Translations under genes and position numbers: made by a program
Shown: in pieces, positions 56,767-64,000 of the stretch
How positions within the stretch are numbered: the first letter of the stretch is position 1
Layout of the letters: every line of letters starts with the position of its first letter
Notes under the pieces: model-generated
Databases searched by the model: none
What the model was told of the DNA's origin: nothing
The model's input: the letters and a program-made list of their open reading frames with translations, nothing else
Assembly: GCA_965248265.1 (NCBI GenBank)
Contig: CBDFJF010000001.1
Coordinates: 1,280,001-1,344,000 of the forward strand
DNA length: 64,000 bases
Source of the DNA: Candidatus Latescibacterota bacterium
Lineage (GTDB): Bacteria; Latescibacterota; UBA2968; UBA8231
Direction of reading: 5' to 3'

Positions 56767-58737
56767 CTGAACCCGAATCGTTCCTACCTCCACGCCCCCA
56801 CCTTTCGGGCTCTGCTCATCGGCGCTGTGGGAGCGGCGGCCATCGGCAGTGGGGTACCCTACGGCAACATGGTCCTCCACGGCTCCCGCGTTGCCTCTTA
56901 TTTCAACACCCCCGCTGCCATCATCCTGTTCTTCTTCCTGGCCCTGTTCGGCAACGCTTTCCTGGGTCTGCTGCGCCGCTCCTGGATGCTGAACCGGGCG
57001 GAGCTCGCCCTCGTCTACATCATGTGGATCGTCGCCACCGCCATTCCCGAGTGGGGCTTCACTTCCTTCCTGCTGCCCGACATCACCGGCGTCGTCTACT
57101 ACGCTACCCCTGAAAACAACTGGCGTGAGTTGTTGCTGCCACACATTCCTCAGTGGATCATGCCGTTCCGGCAGCTTGCCGATGTTCAGGATTTCTACGA
57201 AGGCGCACCGGCGGGACAGGGCATTCCGTGGGGCAGCTGGGTGCCGGCGCTCATCTACTGGCTGTCCTTCATCACGGCCGTGTACCTGGCCATGATCTCC
57301 ATCACCGTCATCCTGCGCAAACAGTGGGTCGACCGAGAGAGGCTGGTCTATCCCCTGGTGCAGTTGCCCATCTCCATGATTCAGGACGACCCAGACGACA
57401 GTGGGCGGCCATCCATCATCAGTCCCTTTTTCAAGAATCCCCTGATGTGGGCTGGCTTCGTCATTCCGGCCATTCTCCAGACCCTCAACGGTTTGCACCA
57501 TTACTACCCGAGCATTCCGTCATTCTCTCTGTACGGCCTCTCGATTCCGCTCTTCCGCGACTCCGTGAGCATCCCCCTCAACTTGAGCTTTCAGATGCTC
57601 GGGTTCTCCTACTTCATCAGTCGGGAAATAGCCTTCGGCCTCTGCTTCTTTTACCTGCTCAACACCCTCGAGCAAGGCGTACTCAATGTGCTCGGCGTCC
57701 AGGAATTCGACTCGCTCCTGGGCAACTACAGCGCCTACACCGGCACCATCGTCGTGCACCAGGGCTTCGGCGCCATCATCATGCTCGTCCTCTTCGGCCT
57801 GTGGACGGCCCGCAGCCATTTGCGGCAAGTGTTCAGAACAGCCTTTGGTCGGAGGCCCGAAGTAAATCAAATAGACGACAGCAACGAGATACTATCATAT
57901 CGAGCAGCCGTGTTGCTGCTTCTTGGTAGTCTCACTTTCGTCGGCATCTGGTTGTGGCAGTCTGGGCTGCCGGGCTGGATCACGCCGATCTACTTGCTGC
58001 TGGCCTTCATCCTCTTCCTCGGCATCACCCGAGTCGTCGCCGAAGGTGGACTCGCCTTCATCTTCGCTCCCATGATCGCTTCCGATTTTATCACTGCCGG
58101 GTTCGGCACGAGGGCCCTTGGGCCTTCCGGCATCATGGCCTTCGCCTTCACCTACATCTGGGCCTCCGATATTCTGACCTTCGTCATGGCTTCTTCCGCC
58201 AATGCACTGAAGCTGGCTACAGAGACCATACAAAGAGGTATGCGCCTCGTGTTCTGGGCCATGCTGGTGGCCATCGTTGTGGCCCTTTGCAGCTCGGTGT
58301 GGGCGGTCATCGAATTGGCCTACCGCTACGGCGGCGCCAACGCGGACGTTTTTTTCCTGGGGTCAGCCAAACTGCCGTTTCAAATCGCCGCCGCCCGGCT
58401 CGAGTCGATCGAGGGCCCACACTGGCAGAACTGGTTCTACACCGGCATCGGCGCCACCGTCATGGGCGTGCTGATGCTGGCCCGGCAACGCTTCTCATGG
58501 TGGCCCATTCATCCGCTGGGTTTTCCAACATCCGCCGTTTTCGGTACCATGTTCTTCAGCGTCTTCCTGGCCTGGCTCTTCAAGAGTGTCGTGATCAAGT
58601 TCGGCGGCCCCCAACTCTACCTGCGCAGCCGCCCCTTCTTCCTGGGGCTGATCCTGGGCCAGTTCGTTACCGCCGGCGTCTGGTTCGGCATCGACTATCT
58701 CGTTGGCGGGAGCCACAACCACGTGATGTCCTTCTAA
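56767..58737 (+). CDS. DUF6785/DUF6784-like multi-pass membrane protein (putative transporter); probable CTG start
   Basis: About 650 aa with many TMs. LRKQWVDRERLVYPL, WWPIHPLG and PFFLGLILG motifs. Homology to the 63535 copy extends upstream of GTG 56827. Confidence 0.82.
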   Translation: MNPNRSYLHAPTFRALLIGAVGAAAIGSGVPYGNMVLHGSRVASYFNTPAAIILFFFLALFGNAFLGLLRRSWMLNRAELALVYIMWIVATAIPEWGFTSFLLPDITGVVYYATPENNWRELLLPHIPQWIMPFRQLADVQDFYEGAPAGQGIPWGSWVPALIYWLSFITAVYLAMISITVILRKQWVDRERLVYPLVQLPISMIQDDPDDSGRPSIISPFFKNPLMWAGFVIPAILQTLNGLHHYYPSIPSFSLYGLSIPLFRDSVSIPLNLSFQMLGFSYFISREIAFGLCFFYLLNTLEQGVLNVLGVQEFDSLLGNYSAYTGTIVVHQGFGAIIMLVLFGLWTARSHLRQVFRTAFGRRPEVNQIDDSNEILSYRAAVLLLLGSLTFVGIWLWQSGLPGWITPIYLLLAFILFLGITRVVAEGGLAFIFAPMIASDFITAGFGTRALGPSGIMAFAFTYIWASDILTFVMASSANALKLATETIQRGMRLVFWAMLVAIVVALCSSVWAVIELAYRYGGANADVFFLGSAKLPFQIAAARLESIEGPHWQNWFYTGIGATVMGVLMLARQRFSWWPIHPLGFPTSAVFGTMFFSVFLAWLFKSVVIKFGGPQLYLRSRPFFLGLILGQFVTAGVWFGIDYLVGGSHNHVMSF

Positions 58738-58755
58738 ACTTTACAGAGGTTGACA

Positions 58756-60435
58756 ATGTCCAGCTCTGATGGCCCCAGCTCTGATGATCTGAAACCGCGC
58801 GGCACCCGCCGTATCATTTATGTCAGCGACCCGTCCAGCGTGGCGTGGCGGTATTTGCCGGATCCGGTTCGCGAAGAGGATTTGACGGCCTGGATCGATG
58901 CCATCGCAGCCGCCGAGATCGACACCTTCGTGCAGGAGGTCTATTCCCAGGGTTGGTCGACCTACTGGCGCGGAGACCGCCTCGAATACGACGCGCGACC
59001 GCAACACCGGCGATTTCTGCCCTTGCTTGATGCCGGCGTTCAGCCTGTGGAGGTGCTGCTCGATCGATGCCACCACCACGGCATCGAGTTCTTTGCCGGC
59101 TTCCGCGTCAACGACAATCACGGCGCCGTGTCCATAGCCCAGGGCGTCGGGGCCGGCGCCGGCTTCATCGTCGACAATCCACAATTCCAGATCGCCCAAT
59201 GCCCGGACGAAGGATATCACTATAGGGAGTCCGCGCCTCTCGACTTCACCCACGAAGAGGTGCGCGATTTTATCGTCTCGGCTGTGGAGGAAGTAGTCGG
59301 ACGCTTCGCAGTAGATGGAATTGAACTGTGTTATCGCGACCAGCGCTATTTTCCACCGGACACCGGGGCCGAGCGCCGCGACCTGATGACGAGCATGGTG
59401 GGGCAGATTCGCGCCGTCCTGAACCAGCCCTCCCCCCGCACGGGAAAGCCCCGGATTTTCGGAGCGCACGTGTTCTCTTCGCTCGAGGAATGCCGCGACA
59501 TGGGCCTCGACGTGGAGAAGTGGATTGGCGAGGCGACGGTCGATTACCTGGCGCCGGCCGACATCATGCATGCCGATTTCAGCGTGGCCTACGAAGAGTT
59601 CACCGCGCTCACCCGGTCCACCGACTGCATGCTCTATCCATCCATCTTCCCCTGGACCAGCGTCGGCGCCCGTCGGCGCCTCAAGCAGGAACCGATTTCC
59701 AGCGATAACCGGCGCGCCCTTGCCCAGAACATCTACGGCGCCGGGGCCGACGGCATCTCCCTGTACAACCATTTCGAGTACATGCACGGAGGACTCGATT
59801 GGGGCAACGCCCACCCTCCCTTCTATCCGTTCGCACTGTTCGACGCCTGTGAACTGCGCCCAGAACGGGTCCTGAGCGGCCGGCGGCATTACATATTCGA
59901 TGCCACCTGGGGAGGATCCATGGGATTCGGTCCCGACCGCACCTCCACCGGTGCGGTCAAGGCACAGCGTGTCATTCTCGAGCGGACCTCACTGCCCTCC
60001 AGCGGTAGCTATCGCTTTGTGGTACGAGAGCATCTGAACGAAGCCAAGGCCGCGATGCTGCTCTTTCGCGGCTTCCACATGACGCTGAATGATCAACTGC
60101 GGGTGGCCGTCAACGGCACGCCGGTCGACCCGGCTGACCTGCGGATTCGCGACAACGAAGTCCGCGTCGACTTTCGCCAACCCCTCGATGAAGAGCAGGT
60201 CGAACGGCAAATGCAGGAAGGACATTCGCGGGAGCAAGCCGAGAGCTATCAGCCGGCGCCTGATCCACCCTTTGTCACCGCCTGGTTCGCCCTGGGCGCA
60301 CCGCCTGCGGTCTACGGTTGGAACGAGCTGGAGCTCGAGCTGGTCGCCGCCGACCCGGACGCCGATGGTGAAATCATCATCGAAGAAGTTGAAGTCTTCG
60401 TGATACCGCGTACCACGTCGCGTTTGCCGGCGTGA
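58756..60435 (+). CDS. GH10-like (GHL/DUF187) TIM-barrel protein; paralog of 17421-18998
   Basis: FRVNDNH, DFTHEEVR, VDGIEL, GLDVEKWI and GADGISLYN motifs. Confidence 0.75.
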   Translation: MSSSDGPSSDDLKPRGTRRIIYVSDPSSVAWRYLPDPVREEDLTAWIDAIAAAEIDTFVQEVYSQGWSTYWRGDRLEYDARPQHRRFLPLLDAGVQPVEVLLDRCHHHGIEFFAGFRVNDNHGAVSIAQGVGAGAGFIVDNPQFQIAQCPDEGYHYRESAPLDFTHEEVRDFIVSAVEEVVGRFAVDGIELCYRDQRYFPPDTGAERRDLMTSMVGQIRAVLNQPSPRTGKPRIFGAHVFSSLEECRDMGLDVEKWIGEATVDYLAPADIMHADFSVAYEEFTALTRSTDCMLYPSIFPWTSVGARRRLKQEPISSDNRRALAQNIYGAGADGISLYNHFEYMHGGLDWGNAHPPFYPFALFDACELRPERVLSGRRHYIFDATWGGSMGFGPDRTSTGAVKAQRVILERTSLPSSGSYRFVVREHLNEAKAAMLLFRGFHMTLNDQLRVAVNGTPVDPADLRIRDNEVRVDFRQPLDEEQVERQMQEGHSREQAESYQPAPDPPFVTAWFALGAPPAVYGWNELELELVAADPDADGEIIIEEVEVFVIPRTTSRLPA

Positions 60436-60473
60436 AACCCTTAGCTAGGCTTTCCAATACAAGGGAGACTGGC

Positions 60474-61817
60474 ATGGAAATGACGCTCATGCTGACGGGA
60501 GCGTTCGTGCTGATGGGCGCGTTTTCCACATGGGGGGCACCGCCCCCACCGATCGAACGTGTCGAAATCCGCGACGAGGGACTCTACGTGAATGGAGCGC
60601 CGTTCTTCCCGGTCGGCGTCGCCTGGGCCGCGCACTGGCATTTCTCTCTTCCCGAGGCCGGAGAGAAGGGCTTCAACATGGTCGACACCTTCGGCCATAG
60701 AGACGTTCCGGAGAGCTTTCGTGCCGACGTCGACGACGCTTATGCCAACGGCATGTACTCGGCCGTTCACCTTGGCAATGAGGTTTCTAAGAATTTGGAG
60801 CAGGTCGAAGAAATCGTCCTAGCCTGTCGGGATGCACCGGGATTGCTGGTGTGGAGCCTGGAGGATGAGCCGAACAGCCGTAACCCCGGCCCCGAAGACG
60901 AGGGCAAGCCCCACGTCGACATGCCCTACAAGACCCCGCCAGAGGAGCAACTCCCGGCCTACGAGTTGATCAGGCGGCTGGATCCGGATCACCCGGTGTG
61001 GATCAACCTGGCCTACGGTTACGAGCAGGACCACCGCGACTATAGGCACGTCGCCGACATCCACTCCGACAACACCTACCCTGTTCCCAACTTTCCGCTG
61101 ACCTACGTGGCCCAATTTTCCGACAGCGTCGTGAAAGGTGCCCGTGTAGGAGCAGGGGAAGGCAAGTTGGGATGGATGTACATCCAGATGGCCCCGTTGG
61201 CGGGGGGGCCCAAGGACCGTCCCCCGACCATCACAGAGGTCCGTTGCATGACCTACATGGCCGTCGCCCACGGCATCAGCGGTGTCAGCTACTTCAGCTT
61301 CCACTACGGAGGCCAGTACGAACGCGAGGAGTGGACCTGGTGGGTGAACCAGACCTCGCCCGGCTACTGGGCTCAGTGGGCAGACTTGACGGCGGAGTTG
61401 CGCACGCTGGCTCCCTACCTGGTGACGAGGGAAGTGCCCGAACCGGTCGAAGCGAGCATCACCAAGGGCACCAAGGGTCTTACTCGGGTCAAGACCGACA
61501 TGCATGCGGAGGAACATCGCTATTCCGCCCTGCACCTGTCCCTGCGTCGGGGCCCCAGCGGTTACTTTCTGATCGCCGTCAATGGAATAGACGAGCGGAT
61601 CAATGCCCGCCTCACATTGCCGGTACCGGATGGCGGTCTTGCCGAGCGTGCGGCGGTGCGTTTCGAGAACCGGTTGGTCGATGTCGAGGAGGGGATCTTC
61701 GACGATTCATTCGGACCCTACGCGGTCCATCTGTACGAGATCCCATTCAAGGAGGAAATCGATCGCGATAGCATTCGGTGGCCGCAATGGCAACGCCGGG
61801 TTCTCGGTCAGCCGTAG
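60474..61817 (+). CDS. Exported glycoside-hydrolase-like TIM-barrel protein
   Basis: Signal peptide, and LYVNGAPFFPVG, GFN, WSLEDEP, DPDHP, DNTYP and AVAHGISG motifs. Confidence 0.7.
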   Translation: MEMTLMLTGAFVLMGAFSTWGAPPPPIERVEIRDEGLYVNGAPFFPVGVAWAAHWHFSLPEAGEKGFNMVDTFGHRDVPESFRADVDDAYANGMYSAVHLGNEVSKNLEQVEEIVLACRDAPGLLVWSLEDEPNSRNPGPEDEGKPHVDMPYKTPPEEQLPAYELIRRLDPDHPVWINLAYGYEQDHRDYRHVADIHSDNTYPVPNFPLTYVAQFSDSVVKGARVGAGEGKLGWMYIQMAPLAGGPKDRPPTITEVRCMTYMAVAHGISGVSYFSFHYGGQYEREEWTWWVNQTSPGYWAQWADLTAELRTLAPYLVTREVPEPVEASITKGTKGLTRVKTDMHAEEHRYSALHLSLRRGPSGYFLIAVNGIDERINARLTLPVPDGGLAERAAVRFENRLVDVEEGIFDDSFGPYAVHLYEIPFKEEIDRDSIRWPQWQRRVLGQP

Positions 61818-62626
61818 AACACTTCGATCTTGTCGGCCTCCTTGCCAGGTACTGTTTCGGGATCGAGTGCGTTCTCGCCGAAGACTACCGGAAAGCTCAT
61901 GCCCGAATCCAGCGTGCGGGTCGCCGCATCGACGAAAATCACGGCGAAGGCGCGGCGGCGCTCCTCAGAAAGGTTTACGCCCGAGCGGTGGAGGAGATAA
62001 TTGTGCAGTAGAATGGCCTCCCCGGCTTCGGCTTCCAGATCGGTGATGTCCTCTTCGGAGATGTACTCAGCCTGCTCTTCTGGTGAGGGGAAGTGCTTAT
62101 CGTTGATGATGCCGTGCTTATGGCTGCCTGGCACGATCTGCATACAAGCATTTGCCACCGTGGCATCATCCAGGGCGATCCAGACGGTGACGAAGGGATT
62201 GGTGTCGATACCGAAGCCTGTACCTACATCCTGGTGCCAGTTTATTTGGGTGCCGGCCCCGGTGACCTTGTTCATGAACATGGAGCGAAAGACCGAGACG
62301 TCCTCACCGATGTAACGCCTGGTGATCTGGCGATAGAGAGGATGCTGCATGTAGGCTAGAAAAACGGGATCTTGCTCGAGGTCATCGATTCGTCGGTATT
62401 CGAGGGAACGCTCGGTGTTGCCCCTGGTCCGGTGCAATTCCCCGGTGCTGCTGTCGTGAAACTGGAAGCGCATGTTCTCATACTCGACACGGCCCAGCAT
62501 GATATCGTCCATGCGTTGCTGTAGAGCCTGGAATTCATTTGCAGGCAGCACCTTCCCCAAGCGGAGAAACCCGCGCTCCATGAACTCCTCGTGCTGCGCG
62601 TCGGTAAAGCTCGTTTGTGAGGTCAT
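61808..62626 (-). CDS. Phytanoyl-CoA dioxygenase (PhyH) family protein
   Basis: WHQD, WIALDDAT, PGSH and LLHRSG motifs. Confidence 0.9.
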   Translation of the reverse strand: MTSQTSFTDAQHEEFMERGFLRLGKVLPANEFQALQQRMDDIMLGRVEYENMRFQFHDSSTGELHRTRGNTERSLEYRRIDDLEQDPVFLAYMQHPLYRQITRRYIGEDVSVFRSMFMNKVTGAGTQINWHQDVGTGFGIDTNPFVTVWIALDDATVANACMQIVPGSHKHGIINDKHFPSPEEQAEYISEEDITDLEAEAGEAILLHNYLLHRSGVNLSEERRRAFAVIFVDAATRTLDSGMSFPVVFGENALDPETVPGKEADKIEVFYG

Positions 62627-62785
62627 CTCCGAAATCTCCTAATCTCGCATTTGAGATCGATCTTGCGAATATATACGGGTGAGAGATCAACCGGTAGATC
62701 ACACATGTTTTTTCGGCTGCGGACAAAGTAAGCGGGTATTATCATCCCGATGCGGACCCGTCAGTTCAATCAGAGAAAGGTTGAA

Positions 62786-63496
62786 ATGAAACCACTCGAC
62801 TATGGCCGTTCCTTCCTGCTCGGTAAGGGACCGGGGAATGAAGTACGAATGTGGGTGGAATCCCGCACGCGGATCACGGACGAAAACAGCGGCGCCAGCG
62901 AGGACTACGTCCAGACCGGCTCGTGCAAGAGTGAAGAGACCTTCGCGGATCGGGATCTCTTCAAGGAGCCCAACTACGATTTCATGGCCATCTACGGGCC
63001 TGAGGACTCCATCGTCTTCCGGCGCCTGGCACAGGCGCACGAGCACTACAAGAGCTGCGTACCTTCAGGCGATTTCTTTGGCGGACAGAAGTACCATCTG
63101 GTCGAAGGCGGCGACGTGGTGGAGCTCGAGGATGGCCAGGCGATCTGCGCTGCGACCTACGATTGCGCTCCTATCGTGGCGCAGACGGAAATCTGGAATG
63201 ACGAGACCGGACTTCGAGCCATCATCGAATACCCGGTCAAATCGATGAACACGAACCGCGAGCAGGGCGCCTACATTTACCAAGTGGACACGGGGCCGGT
63301 GGCCTTTCCCGATTTGAGCGTGCGGCACAAGCGTCATGCCGACGGAATCTCACTCGGTTTCATCGCCTTCAATGCGTCTCACTTTGCCGATTTCGTTCTC
63401 GAGGTGCCGACTGAGGTGGGAAACACTGAGATTCACCACTATTCGCAGGTGTTCAGCTTGCCGGCGAAAAACCGGTTGTTTTCGGTGACGGGTTAA
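62786..63496 (+). CDS. Hypothetical protein (236 aa)
   Basis: ATG 62786 after GAAAGG and protein-like composition. CKSE, NYDF, EYPVK and YQVDTGP motifs. No family recognised. Confidence 0.75.
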   Translation: MKPLDYGRSFLLGKGPGNEVRMWVESRTRITDENSGASEDYVQTGSCKSEETFADRDLFKEPNYDFMAIYGPEDSIVFRRLAQAHEHYKSCVPSGDFFGGQKYHLVEGGDVVELEDGQAICAATYDCAPIVAQTEIWNDETGLRAIIEYPVKSMNTNREQGAYIYQVDTGPVAFPDLSVRHKRHADGISLGFIAFNASHFADFVLEVPTEVGNTEIHHYSQVFSLPAKNRLFSVTG

Positions 63497-63534
63497 CGGA
63501 CTCCTTCAAGGGCCTTCCCCGCCGGTCTATCTGA

Positions 63535-64000
63535 ATGAGTGAGTCTTCTACCCTTCAGCCTACATTTCGGGCCCTGCTCATCGGCGCTGTGGGAGCGGCG
63601 GCCATTGGCAGTGGGATACCCTACTGCAACATGGTCCTGCACGGCTCCCGCATCGCTTCCTATTTCAATACCCCCGCGGCGATCATCCTGTTTTTCTTCC
63701 TGGCCCTGTTCGGCAACACCCTCGTGGGCCTGCTGCATCGAGCCTGGATGCTTTCCCGGGCGGAGCTCGCCCTCGTCTACATCATGTGGATCGTCGCCAC
63801 CGCCATTCCCGAGTGGGGCTTCACCTCCTTCCTGCTGCCCGACATCACTGGCGTCGTCTACTACGCTACCCCTGAAAACAACTGGCGTGAGTTGTTGCTG
63901 CCACACATACCTCAGTGGATCATGCCGTTCCGGCAGTTTGCAGATGTCCAGGATTTCTACGAGGGCGCCCCTCTGGGACAGGGCATACCCTGGGGCATGT
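63535..64000 (+). CDS. Second DUF6785-like membrane protein, 3'-truncated by the window edge (absent from the ORF track)
   Basis: ATG 63535, MSESSTLQPTFRALLIGAVGAAAIGSGIPYCNMVLHGSRIASYFN... Highly similar in DNA to 56803-57238. Confidence 0.88.
   Translation, partial: MSESSTLQPTFRALLIGAVGAAAIGSGIPYCNMVLHGSRIASYFNTPAAIILFFFLALFGNTLVGLLHRAWMLSRAELALVYIMWIVATAIPEWGFTSFLLPDITGVVYYATPENNWRELLLPHIPQWIMPFRQFADVQDFYEGAPLGQGIPWGM

Noticed and set aside
56509-57501. 330-aa minus ORF and the similar 63493-63906 ORF
   Set aside because: Both are antisense shadows of the duplicated membrane-protein genes, and their similarity merely reflects that duplication.
1-64000. tRNA, rRNA, CRISPR-Cas, transposase, integrase, phage or defence genes
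   Set aside because: None recognised by eye. Short structured RNAs cannot be excluded without an Infernal/Rfam scan.

Overview
GC-rich bacterial window with about 50 densely packed genes. I saw no rRNA, tRNA, CRISPR array, transposase or phage genes. The gene content (sulfatases, PhyH dioxygenases, HpcH aldolases, GH10-like hydrolases, DUF6785-like membrane proteins, FlgD-Ig-tailed secreted proteins and a C-terminal 'TAVE..TWGxxK' tail) suggests Ca. Latescibacterota or a related FCB/Poribacteria-like lineage; this is inference. Positions 1-30.2 kb and 56.8-64 kb are a mosaic of catabolic and transport genes containing several gene remnants and small palindromic elements. Highlights: (1) a 26-kb, 14-gene minus-strand cell-envelope cluster (30207-56260). 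It runs from a TWG-tailed secreted protein and a terminator, through three paralogous secreted proteins with T9SS type-B/FlgD-like C-terminal domains, a probable beta-barrel, a lipoprotein parvulin-TPR foldase and a GT39-TPR glycosyltransferase, to CRTAC1/TPR/PQQ-propeller proteins. It looks like an undescribed secretion or surface-assembly system. (2) A BCP/PrxQ peroxiredoxin missed by the ORF track, with an in-frame TGA at the peroxidatic position and a SECIS-like hairpin, so probably a selenoprotein. (3) A 162-bp MITE with 16-bp TIRs and CTAG flanks, plus a second dispersed palindromic repeat family. (4) A recently duplicated DUF6785-like transporter, one copy probably starting at CTG. All family assignments come from motif recognition by eye; no database searches were run.
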